A DNA stretch of 64,000 nt, from the NCBI GenBank assembly GCA_022813965.1, contig JALDZS010000085.1:1-64000 (forward strand). Direction: 5' to 3'. This document shows, in pieces, positions 13,268 through 23,830 of this stretch (positions are counted from its first letter, which is position 1; each line of letters begins with the position of its first letter). A model generated the notes under the pieces. That model was not told where the DNA came from, did no database searches, and saw only the letters and a program-made list of their open reading frames with translations. The DNA is from Toensbergia leucococca. Taxonomy: Eukaryota. The translations under genes and the position numbers were made by a program.

Positions 13268-14387
13268 ATGGCTCCAGAAACACTGCAGCATCCAAATGGT
13301 ACTAGACCTAGGGTTGCCCTAAGTGATGACCCAAGAAGAGCCTCTCCAGCTCCCCTGCAGACTCGGGATATTAATCGGAATCCACGATTCTCCTACATGG
13401 AAACACCGGCCGAATTGCAACGGTCGACTTTCAATCAATTCTCAAGCCCCACAAACTCATCCATTGACGAGTCTCCCAACTTTGCGCTGCCTCCACAACC
13501 ATTTCCCATCATCTCACAAGATAAACAGAATGGTCCGTACCCTATCGAGAAAGCACCTCCACCAAGGACCGATATTCCTTACACGATCGAATCTCCCCAT
13601 CAAGTTCATCCAGCACATTTCGCACCTTACGCTGAGGTGCCGATTCCCCAGCAACGACAAGAGCCTGAGCTACCACCCTTACCCCAGACGCCTGGACCAA
13701 TCCCAATAAAGACGAATGAGGAGCCCATGTCTTCAATGCCCGTTTCTATAAATTTACCTTCTGCTGGACAAACAAAGGATCAATCGGTGGTCTCACCCCC
13801 GAGGTTAGAGCGCAGGGCACCAACCTACAACCCAGACTCGCTCGCTGGTCCCAACGTTGCGCCAGAGAGCCACCGTCCCGGGCAGGTGTCGCACCCAAAC
13901 GCCACGATCTCACCCGAGTGGAAGCATGGTCTTTGCGAATTCGACACCACGTGTTGCGTGGGAATCTGCTGCCCCTGCATGGTATATGGGAAAACGCAAT
14001 ACCGCCTCTTAAGGAAAGCTCAGAAACAAGACCCCACAGATCTCCTAGGCTACGAATCATGCAATGGATCATGTGGACTCATGTCCGTGCTCTGCGGCTT
14101 TCAATGTATGTACATATGTGTCGCATAATTTAGCATTTGCAATTACTGACACTTATTCCCTAGGGGTCCTCGCATACGTCCAGCATGCCCGAATACGCAA
14201 GCTCTATCACCTGGACGGCGACTTTGCGTCCGACTGCTGCAAGTCGGTGTGCTGTTGCTGCTGCGTCATCATGCAAGACGAACGCGAAGTTCGAGATCGA
14301 GAAGAGCTGATAAGGAGGCATGCTGGGCCTGCTAACGGTGCTTATGTTGCGCCTGGGGCTATGACCTATGCGCCACCACCGCGATAA
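13268..14387 (+). CDS. PLAC8 / DUF614 Cys-rich protein with Pro-rich N-terminus
   Basis: WKHGLCE...CCVGICCPCMVYGKT; intron 14106-14163; RIRKLYHLDGDFASDCCKSVCCCCCVIMQDEREV. Confidence 0.9.
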
Positions 14388-15423
14388 AGGGCATGGAAAT
14401 GACCACATGGAAGAAGAATGAAGAGATACTCAGCGATTCGATATTGACGAACTCACTATCGAAACCTTGCTCAAGGCCCTCGCCTACCAGTTTAGCTAGG
14501 CAAGCCGTGCAAAAAGGAGCCGAGGCTCTGCAGGCCATAGACCGGACCTCCTCTCGAGTCTCCATCGTTGTACCGAAGGAAGGAACTGGACAAGCTTCGT
14601 CGTCAAACCCAATGAAGCCACCATATCTGGCCCCCTGTCCCCCATCAGCAGCGGATTGCACTACTCCCACACATCCACACCAAGAGAAAACAGTCCAAGT
14701 CTACTTCTCACCAACTGGTACACTCGCCTCTCACTCCCCAGTCAAGCGAACGAAGTCCACCGCCACCCTCACATCAGAATCTCGCGCCATCCCATCTCAC
14801 TTCCAAACAGGGGAGGGAGCAAAAGGAAAGGGGAAAAAAGGGAAAAATTTTTTTTTTAAAAACCTCGTTGTATATTACCCACCCTAACACATGAAACTGT
14901 ATCCATAAAAACCCCGACAAAGCGACGGTATAAGTTCGCACCAAAGTCATCTTCACGCATATTTTTCATCCATGTATATTAAATTCATGCAGAAACTTCT
15001 AAACCTCCACCCCCTGACCCACCCTTTCCCATAAGAAAAAAACAAGAACAAGGGAATTGGGGCGATGTGGGCTTATATAAGAGAAAACCACGCAAGCTAG
15101 TCCGAGAAATACAATATCTCTCACGAGACCCTCATGCCTTCCAAAAAAATTCCTCCTTTCCACGTCTACAAATCTCCTTTTCCTCTCTGCAGCAAAAGAG
15201 CCAAAAAAAACCAGCTAGCGAAAAGAAAAAAAGTATTGCTATCACTACCAAGGATGCGCAATCCGCACTCAGCAAACCTCCCGACATTCAATGGCGGGCC
15301 CATAACCCGGGAAAAAAACCTGTCATAGCCATCTCCCTCCTCTCTCATCACTCGTCCCCTCCAATCTCCTTCTTTCCCCTTCTGCTCCGTAAAACAACAA
15401 GAAACTAATAAAAAAGAAAAGCC

Positions 15424-17781
15424 TCACCACAACAACCCCAACTCCCGCAACCCGGGAAACTCCTCCTCTGCCCACGTCCAAACCACCTCAACCTCCCTCC
15501 TCTCCGCGTCTCCCTCATCCAGAACAGCCCCTCCACCATCCTCTTCTCCAGTAACTCTACTCCCCTCCCTCTCTCTCCTAGCATCTCTCTCCGTCAAGCC
15601 AAGAAACCACCTCCCAGCCCACCACGCCCACGCAAAAATATCCGAAATAGCAGCAGCCAATTGATCCCACGGCGCCGGCACTTCCTCCCCCTCAGCCTCC
15701 TCCCCACCCGCATTCTCATTATGCGGCGTCGGCGGTACCGACTTCTCCTCCTCATCCTCCTCCTGCTCTTCCTCGTCCTCCACAACCGGTCTGACCAAGA
15801 ATTTCTCCCGTACCCTCGCCGCCTTCTCTTCATCAGCAAGAACCAAAGCTCCGCTATGCCACCCCGCGGCACTGACTTTGAACGCGAAATAGGCGCCCAT
15901 CTCGTCCTCGTGCAGGACACCCTCGCCCCAACGAGAGCCTTGCCTTTCGAACCAGTCGCCCAGAGCTTGGCGCCCATATTCGTGGCTAGCAATCTCGTCG
16001 AGGATGTTTGTTTGGGAAGCTTTGGCGTTCATGGAGCTCAGCCACAATTTCTTCTCCTGCTCAAACCAGATGGTTCGTCTCCCATCTCCATCATCCACCC
16101 TGCCGTCACCTCTGCCTAATACTCCTCCTGACCGCACTCCTCTCAGCTGCCTTGCGGTTCTGTCTCCAAGACCGAGCGCACCGCAGCCTTTGGGTTCGCA
16201 GCCGTAGGAGGAGATGGTGCCGTTAGAATGAAGGGCGTGAAAGTGGTAATCGCCAAAGGCAAGGGAGATTACGGAGGCGTTCTGGAGGGCTGGGATTCGG
16301 GTGGGCTGGGGAAGTGGGGGAGGATCTCGGGATCTAGAGGCAGTGTCGTAGGCTTCTAAAAGGGCGTCGGTAGCTGTCAGGACCTCGCCGGCTTTGGTGA
16401 AGATGGCGAAGGAGCGAAATGAGCCTTGCAGGTCTTGGATATTGAAGGATGAGGTAGGATGAAAGGAGGAATTAGGGTAGAAGGTTATGAGCTCGATGGG
16501 GCTAGTATGAGTTGTGTTGGGAAAGATGGTGGGGTAGAAAAACAGTCGATTGAGGTTTGTGATGAAGACGATGTAGCCTTGGAGGACGATGTGATTTGTT
16601 ACTTCTCCGATGGACTCGGGATTGGTGGATGTTGTTCGGTTATAGGATCGGTCCCGGTAAGACGTGTTGGGAATTGTTTCGGAGGCAATCATTACGCCAT
16701 CTGATTCGCCCCCAGGAACGCGGCGGAGTAGTTCATGGGGCCAGTAGATTATGCCTGTATCTTTGACATATATGGAGCTTCTATCCCAACCTAAATCCAA
16801 GTAAGCGGTCGATACTTAGTCAAGAACCATCTGATACACGCAGTGCTTGTACCTCCTACTACTCGGGTCACTCTTCCAGTGCCGGACGCAGGACCGTTTT
16901 CTATCAGATCAACATGCAAGAGCTTGACATGGCAGGCTTCTTTCTCCAAGAAATGCCACACCCAAACCTTTCCGCTATCTGAAAGACCCATAACATGGGA
17001 ACGGCCTGTTGAATACTGTTGGATGGCGGTGCTTGGCTCATACCTATCCTTGGTGGTCGGTGGATATGCGAGTGGGAAAGGGAGGGCGTGCAGGCTTGCA
17101 GTGACGTCACGCTGGCCCCAAGTACCATCCAATGCTCCAATGCCATAGATAACTCCAACAGAGTCGAGCAGGATTGTTGACCAGCCTCTTGGATAAGATC
17201 AATTTCTCCCTTTTAGTGACTTCAACAAGAGATTACTCACCCACATTGCATGTCAGCGACGACACCAACTTGATCCATACCTTGAATTCGACCAGGCCAT
17301 CCTGTTCCTGAGTGTACCTGCGACCATGGATGGCCCCGGTGCGGGTGCAAAGTCTCCGTAGGCTCCCTCGTGATTGGGTGGTGACCTAGATTGCCCTTCT
17401 CATTGTTTCCCCAGGTAAAGACACGCGTCTGGGTACGCAAGTGCTTGTAAAGCCGTTGCCAGCGTGCTCCATCGGCTTGCAGAAGAGGCTGAGGAGGGAT
17501 GCGAAAAGTTGTACGTGTGAGAATGCGCCAGAAGGTCGGATCTTCGCGAAATTGCAAAAAGGATTTCTGAGGGAGTGAGAAATGATCGAATTGGATGACA
17601 ATGGAACAGTTTTGTCATACAGTTGAGCTTGTGAAAGAGAGAAAGTCAAAAGGGCTAAGATAGGGAAAGATGGTGAGCAGGATATCGGTCGCTGTTAGAA
17701 GGTGTCAGATTCTCTTGCAATGATTCATGTATACACACACATGTATATGGCGAGCTTACGGAGGTCTGTCAGTGTCGTCAT
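15424..17781 (-). CDS. SAF1: F-box protein with RCC1-like repeats (SCF-associated factor Saf1-like)
   Basis: Spliced N-terminus MTTLTDLPTDILLTIFPYL (F-box); RCC1-like motifs VFTWGNNEKGNLG, QCG/GW, STGRSHVMGLSDSGKVW, AFGDYHFHALHSNGTISSYG, VSAAGWHSGAL; four short introns. Confidence 0.85.
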
Positions 17782-17814
17782 CGCCTAGAGTGAGATGTGT
17801 CGGTAGGATTCAGA

Positions 17815-17957
17815 GGAAATAGAAAATAGAAAATAGAAAATAGGAAATGTGCATTTATGTACTCGTACGAGTGTGAGTAGAGACAAGGTGGCATGTGATC
17901 GGATAAGAAGTCAAGAAGTCAAGAAGGTGCGAATTACAGCAACGACTACGACTACGA
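17815..17957. repeat. Short tandem repeats (GAAAATA x~4, AAGAAGTC x~2.7, ACGACT x~3)
   Basis: Read directly in the SAF1-DCN1 intergenic region. Confidence 0.7.
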
Positions 17958-18261
17958 GTACATCACATACATCAAATATGCCAAGTGGCAAGTTTTAATC
18001 AAGAAAACAATATCCATCATTCAAAGAAGTCTTAGGCATCTCTCTGCTCGCGAAGAAATCCTTCTACTATTGATAAATCATAATCCTTCCACTTCTTCAA
18101 TCGACTACGACCACCTTGATTTGCAGTAACCAGACATCCATCGCCCTTAACGCCAACGAACCATCCCCCTCGTCACCACTAGACCCCTGGCTACCTATGC
18201 ATCAATCTCACACCTTTGTGAAAAAAACAACTAAACAGTCTACTTCCCTTGTCTGTTCCAT

Positions 18262-21200
18262 TCACTCAATCTCCATCTCCCCTTCCATCTCCTTCTGCTT
18301 TCTCATCTCCCGTACATGCCCCACAAATTCATCTAATACCCCTGGCCATGCCCCGTCTTCGCTCCACCAACTCATCGACTCGTCCTCGAGACTCTTGCTC
18401 ACGAATACCCCAGTCTGGTCCCACATGTCTTTGTTGACGCTTTTCCGCCACTTCGCCTCGAGAAATTCAATCCACCACTGCAACCACGGCGTCGTTTCTG
18501 TGCTCCATTGTATTGACGGCGCCTGCAGGAGGAGACGCCAGTACTCAATCGCCGCCTCGAGGCCGACTCCTTTCTGCCCTGGCGTTCGTGCAATCAAAAA
18601 TGTATGTTTATATACGCGCTTGAACATGTCGGCGTTAGTGGCGACGGATCGGCGTAATGAATTGATGGTTGATTGTTGTTTTTGTATAGTGTCGGCGCTA
18701 AAGGGAAGGCTCAATCAGTTGATTGGGCTCTCTGGACATCTACGAGACAAACGTCACCGTACTGGTTTCTCTTCCACCCGTCTAAAAATCCATCGCGGCT
18801 GAATTCGCCCATGGTCGGTGCTGCTAGTTCGGTGAGTATGGCAAGGACCACTACTTCGTCAAGACTGACGCCCAAATCGGTGAGGTAATGCATCGACCCT
18901 TCTACACCGATAGTGTCGGGGCTTTCTCTTGGGTCATCTTCGTCGGAATATGAGTCAGCCGCACCATTGACGTAGAGTCCCTCTGACCAATTATCACGTA
19001 CCTCGATACTTGTCAAATAATCTATTTAGAGCAGCCGTTGATCCTGAAGCCCCGGACGACCCGTTCGAGCTCTGGAAAAATCTGCTCACCAACGATCTCT
19101 TGTTAGCTTGTGTTCTTGCACGACGAAGTTCTGCCATGTATAGAAAGTATGATTTGCGTTGATTGACTGCCTCATCAATGGCATCTATGATGGTCATAGC
19201 AGGCTTGATAGAAGGAGGCACGTATCGTCCGAGAAGTTTGCGTCGTCGTTTGGCCTCGTCTTGCTTCCATTGATGATAAGGGCCTTTAAGCAAGCCTAGT
19301 AGATGAGGGCCAACGAGCAAGGATAGTGAAGAAAAAATGAGGTCCGTCACGGCTGAAGGACCTTTGCTACTATTGCTGGGTTCTGGGGATTGTTCGACAT
19401 CTCTTGACTGTGCGGCTCTGTCTAGATCACTTGGAGTCCCAAGAAAGGTTGCACCACGTCGAGAGTCATCTGGTGTACTTGGACTACTACCTAGATTTAA
19501 TTCCGGAAGACGACGTGTCAGAGGTGGAGACAATTCCAAGGTCCTATTCAGGTCTGACAGAGTTTCAAATGTTGGCTGAGTCTGGTAGATATCAGATGGC
19601 TGTGCTTGATGTTGTCTGATAGGCGAAGGCAATTCTCTCGTTCGGGGTCGGGGTGCTGGAGGTGGATGTCGCGCTACTTCTTTAGCCATTTCTGGCAGAC
19701 TTGAACTACCTAGTGGGACTTGTTTTGAACTCAGTTGAGTTGCTCGATGTTGGCCAAGGATGGCCTCATGAGTCGGCTCAACAGATTTCGAATTGATCGG
19801 TTCAGCCGAGTCTTCGCGTTCGTGTAGAGAAACCTTATCATATTGTATATGGCCTAATTCTTGCCCCGATGAAGATACAGCTGCAAGATCTACATCTTCT
19901 TGTTCAAGTACTTCGAGCTTGATAGGACATTCCGACCCTCTGTTGACAGACTGGGCTGTGGACATTGCTTTAGTGATACCAGACAAAACGTCGGAACTTT
20001 CAACAGCCGATGGCCAGGACGCGGAATCCTGCGTCTTTGCGGTCTTTTGCGCAGGGCCTTCTGAATCTATACGTAGCATCTCAATGCTCGGTATAGCTAT
20101 GTCAGCATCGGAAGCTTTTTCAAGCTGGTCCTCCCGAGTACGTTCAATGTCTTCAAGAAGCCTTCCCGCACTAAGGCGATTGAGGGTGGTACGGAGTTCT
20201 GCATCATCACTGAAAGCTTTAGAATGCTTCAATTCAACGAGTTTTGACGGTGGGGGTCTATCTGCTGGCAGTGTCGAAGCTGGTTTGGGCTCCTTAGAGT
20301 GTGGCCTAGGTGATGCAGAGAGACTTCCAAGAGCCTGGTTTAGTAAAGACTCAGGTAAAGCCGTCGCACGACATCGACAGTTTCGAAATTTCTTGCAGCG
20401 CAGGCAGCATACTTTTGAAAGCCGCAGTACGTCATCCGTGAAATGTTTTCGAATAAACATTTCTTGAGTCTCACCGTCCCGAGCAAACATATTAGGATCG
20501 TACTCGACCTTCATGACTTTATGAACAGTACCGTCATGTGATGCTACAGAAGCTTTACGTTTCGGGCGGGGGAACGTGATGTTGGCCGTCGCTCTCTTGG
20601 TTCGAAGCTTGCCATACCGTCTTGGGGTGCGAGAACGGATCTTTCGAATGTTTTTCGGTGGAAGCTTCAGTCCTCGACCAATTCTCCGAGCATCATCGGT
20701 GGGCAAAGCAAGGCCAAAGAGATCATACGTTATACCATCTTCCGGAGACGTGGACATTTCTGAAGTGGACGTGTCCGGAGAGTCGCCTATCGTTTGTGAC
20801 GGAGATGCTGGGGTATCAGAAACCATATCCATCAACTTCTTATTGTTAAAGATTGCAGAAGCTAGCAGAGATGGTCTGACATCAGGCTTCGTGGTCTTTT
20901 CTCGTTCCGATGACGGGCTTTGCAAGCTCCGTGGGTTGTTGCGAGGCCTTTTGGACGTCGTGGGAAGTGGAGGTGGAGGCATAGAAGAAGATTTCCTACC
21001 AGTGCCATTGGAAGAACTTGAGTTTTCTGTTTCCGCTCCTGTAATCGCAATCTTGGGACTTCCTTGGTTTACTAGACTACTATCCTGCACAGCCAGTGAT
21101 TCGGTGACGCTATTCAGAAGCCTCGTGGTAGTAACCTGTTGAGATATGGACTCTGAACCCATGAGGCCGTTCACGTTAGATTCCGCTGGAGGCGTGTCAA

Positions 21201-23830
21201 GTCCAATGATATTTTCTACGATCTGCTGTTTAACAGGCTGAGCCACGCTCAATCCTCTTTTTTGTTCCGAAGAGTTCCTGCGAGAGTCTTCTGGCGTCAT
21301 AGGCGGTATCAGGTGATGTTCCTTCGTAAGTTCCTCGTTGGATTCTGAGGGAGGCGTGTGAAGTCCGATACCATCGCTTACAAGCTCTTGTCGAACAGAC
21401 TGAACGACATTCGATGCCGACCTTATATTTGAGGTATCATGGTGCGATCCGTCCGTTGTGAGCTCCTCCAGAGCTTCCGTTGGCTTATTGGGCATTCGCG
21501 AGATCAATCCCGGTTTCTTTACACCTGTTTTCGGGCTTTCAGGCTCTTGATCAAGGCTTTCACTCCCAAAAAATAGATCTGGAGGCACGCCGTAGGTTTC
21601 AAGATGACGTGATAATTCGCTGTTGGTCATTCTTGGGTACCCCAGGACACTCCGAAATCTGTTGAGAGCGGTATTTAGTGGGACCCTACCCTGTAGAACG
21701 TCGTCGTATATTTGAGTAAATTGTTCCTTGATACTCCGCAGCGTGGGTTCTTCGTCAACATCATACAGACTATCCTCCTCATCACTGCCCTCAGATAAAC
21801 TCGGAATGTCTTCATCAACACTTTCTTCTAAAAGTTTACTGACAAGCAAAGCAGGACTGGTGGAAGAATCTTCAAGTAGATCAATCAAGTGGTCAGTATA
21901 GAATGTTATACCTAGGCAGGCCGAGCGAATTGATGGGACGGCCTGCTCCAAAGAGAGTGAGCCTTTTCGGTACAATTCAACATAATCTGTCACTTCTAGT
22001 ACAAGTCTTGACTCTCCATCGATAGACTGATTGCCATCCTTATCTGATGAAGTCAGAATCTTGTCATCGAGGGCCTCTCCCTTAAGCCTATTGACAAGCA
22101 AAGCTGGGCTGATTTCAGGATTTTGAAGTAATCTAAACAAGTGGTTGTTGTTATCAAGGTGGATGCCTTGGGTAACCTTGTAAATATGTGAAACGACCTG
22201 CTCTAGAGAAATTGCGCCCTCTCGGTAAAATTCAACATGACTTGTCAATTCTTGAATAAGTTCCAAATCCTCATCATCATCATCATTATCGATATATTGA
22301 TTGCTAGTCTTATCGGATGAACTCGAAACCAGTTTAGGGCTACTGCTGTGTGATGGCCCAGCGTCATAATCACTGGCAGCGTCACGCAAGACATCCATTT
22401 CTTTAAGCGGTCCAGTCAATTGATCCCACGGCAAGCCGTGATCTCCTAGCTTTTCTGCCAGGTCCATGATGCTGAGTGTAGGGTCTCTAAAGACGTCTCG
22501 ATAGTGAGAGGGTGCATCTTCAATGGCAACACATCCTTCCTGGATATCGTTATAGAGGCACCACAATTGACTAGTCTTGTCGTTACCAAAGACCTTGGCA
22601 TCATGATCGCCTTGCTTAATGTGGTTTGTTAAGATGCCGTAAGTATCTAATTGATCTGCCAAATCGATGAGGTCAAGAGTGCGGTCGTTAAGAATATCTC
22701 TATATCTGTCGGGGGCCTCGGCTAAGGATATTCCACCTGCGTCAATCTGGTCATACAGCTGCCAAAGCTGCGTCACGATCTGCTTCTTGGCAGGATCCAC
22801 TTGTCCTTGTAGGTCGTCGTCTTCCAACATTTCCTCGTCTCGGTCTAGTAGACTAAGACCATGCGGTAATGCATCCTCGAACACATGACTGACGTGACCT
22901 TGTCCTTCCTCGGGGTCAAGCCCATAAAGAATCCTTTTTGTTCGTCCACGCGGTTGCGCGTTCCTTGTTCTACTGGTACTGAGAAAATGGAGCTTTGGAT
23001 CCAGACCAAGTGCCTTGAATATCTGTTGCAATTCGATTTCTGACATCAACGGCCTTCTCTGAGCAAACCTGAACATTTTTGGGAGGTTTTGGGGACTGAT
23101 CCAGCTTCCCGGATTCTTGGAGTCCGAACACCACTTGATGACGAGTTCCTTGAAGTTGAACGCCCTAATATCACGGTACCAGTCTGGATCTAAAGATGGA
23201 ATCGAGTCTTCACTTAGGACAGAGACCAGGGATTCCTTGAATGGTTTCGAGTCTACTTTTAGCAACAACCTCGACGTCTCCTCTTCATCTATATCCAACA
23301 CGGATCTGGAACCGGCTAGCTTTTTATTCAAGCTTGCATAAGCTTCGTAAAGCCGAATTCTTCTGCTGTCGCCCTTGGTACCTTCGAAAGCCATATTGGA
23401 ACTCTTAGAAGCCATTATGGAAATTCAGTCTTGGATAAGTCCTGGGTCGAGGCCGAGAAAAAGAGGGATCCCGCGACACCCGGTGATATAAACAATGTAA
23501 AGCCTTTGGTAACTGATACGCAGCAGGTGGTATGGATAGTAGAATAAAATGCAAGAAAAGCTATATGTACATACGTGTCTACTGCTTGCTCCACGTTCCA
23601 CCCGTGTGACTTGAGGTGCTGTTGACAGAGTATTGTTAGCTACGAATCTCTGTCACGAAGCTTAAAGGGACTCCATTCGACTTGGCAAATCCGAGTAGAA
23701 GGGACGACCTCCCAGCCGAGATTGGGGCCAGCGACAGTAAAAGACTCACTTTGGCAGCCACGCTATCTTTAGCCTGGGTGAAGCTCACGAACTGGGCTAT
23801 TGAAGCCTTTTGTAAGGATGTAAAGGGCAT
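18262..23830 (-). CDS. DCN1: Defective in cullin neddylation 1 (NEDD8 co-E3; UBA-like plus PONY/DUF298 domain), 271 aa
   Basis: Exons 23830-23750, 23618-23575, 19081-19002, 18937-18763, 18697-18262 sum to 816 nt in frame; UBA-like IAQFVSFTQA..HLKSHGWNVEQAVDTFF; PONY FKRVYKHTF, KDMWDQT, DGAWPGVLDEFV; intron 2 is 4493 nt. Confidence 0.93.
18994..23415 (-). CDS. 1473-codon ORF nested in DCN1 intron 2, in frame with DCN1 exon 3 (probable alternative giant first exon, ~1674-aa PONY fusion isoform)
   Basis: 4.4 kb with no stop; its last codons are DCN1 exon 3 (FFQSSNG...FDKYR) and its stop lies inside DCN1 intron 3; internal helical repeats, Ser/Pro-rich region, Cys cluster. Confidence 0.85.
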   Translation of the reverse strand: MASKSSNMAFEGTKGDSRRIRLYEAYASLNKKLAGSRSVLDIDEEETSRLLLKVDSKPFKESLVSVLSEDSIPSLDPDWYRDIRAFNFKELVIKWCSDSKNPGSWISPQNLPKMFRFAQRRPLMSEIELQQIFKALGLDPKLHFLSTSRTRNAQPRGRTKRILYGLDPEEGQGHVSHVFEDALPHGLSLLDRDEEMLEDDDLQGQVDPAKKQIVTQLWQLYDQIDAGGISLAEAPDRYRDILNDRTLDLIDLADQLDTYGILTNHIKQGDHDAKVFGNDKTSQLWCLYNDIQEGCVAIEDAPSHYRDVFRDPTLSIMDLAEKLGDHGLPWDQLTGPLKEMDVLRDAASDYDAGPSHSSSPKLVSSSSDKTSNQYIDNDDDDEDLELIQELTSHVEFYREGAISLEQVVSHIYKVTQGIHLDNNNHLFRLLQNPEISPALLVNRLKGEALDDKILTSSDKDGNQSIDGESRLVLEVTDYVELYRKGSLSLEQAVPSIRSACLGITFYTDHLIDLLEDSSTSPALLVSKLLEESVDEDIPSLSEGSDEEDSLYDVDEEPTLRSIKEQFTQIYDDVLQGRVPLNTALNRFRSVLGYPRMTNSELSRHLETYGVPPDLFFGSESLDQEPESPKTGVKKPGLISRMPNKPTEALEELTTDGSHHDTSNIRSASNVVQSVRQELVSDGIGLHTPPSESNEELTKEHHLIPPMTPEDSRRNSSEQKRGLSVAQPVKQQIVENIIGLDTPPAESNVNGLMGSESISQQVTTTRLLNSVTESLAVQDSSLVNQGSPKIAITGAETENSSSSNGTGRKSSSMPPPPLPTTSKRPRNNPRSLQSPSSEREKTTKPDVRPSLLASAIFNNKKLMDMVSDTPASPSQTIGDSPDTSTSEMSTSPEDGITYDLFGLALPTDDARRIGRGLKLPPKNIRKIRSRTPRRYGKLRTKRATANITFPRPKRKASVASHDGTVHKVMKVEYDPNMFARDGETQEMFIRKHFTDDVLRLSKVCCLRCKKFRNCRCRATALPESLLNQALGSLSASPRPHSKEPKPASTLPADRPPPSKLVELKHSKAFSDDAELRTTLNRLSAGRLLEDIERTREDQLEKASDADIAIPSIEMLRIDSEGPAQKTAKTQDSASWPSAVESSDVLSGITKAMSTAQSVNRGSECPIKLEVLEQEDVDLAAVSSSGQELGHIQYDKVSLHEREDSAEPINSKSVEPTHEAILGQHRATQLSSKQVPLGSSSLPEMAKEVARHPPPAPRPRTRELPSPIRQHQAQPSDIYQTQPTFETLSDLNRTLELSPPLTRRLPELNLGSSPSTPDDSRRGATFLGTPSDLDRAAQSRDVEQSPEPSNSSKGPSAVTDLIFSSLSLLVGPHLLGLLKGPYHQWKQDEAKRRRKLLGRYVPPSIKPAMTIIDAIDEAVNQRKSYFLYMAELRRARTQANKRSLVSRFFQSSNGSSGASGSTAALNRLFDKYRGT

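Noticed and set aside
14393..15408. 164-aa and 113-aa ORFs after PLAC8
   Set aside because: No domain, run into poly-A/T tracts; likely 3' UTR or convergent intergenic DNA
19082..23574. Transposon or group I/II intron explanation for the giant DCN1 intron
   Set aside because: No RT, integrase, DDE, LAGLIDADG or GIY-YIG motifs, terminal repeats or target duplication seen; boundaries are ordinary spliceosomal GT..AG
23400..23574. Splicing of DCN1 exon 2 directly onto the start of the nested ORF
   Set aside because: In-frame TGA just upstream of the ATG with no intervening AG; the nearest AG after the ATG (TCTAAG) is phase 0 whereas the donor is phase 2. Weaker or more distal acceptors were not excluded
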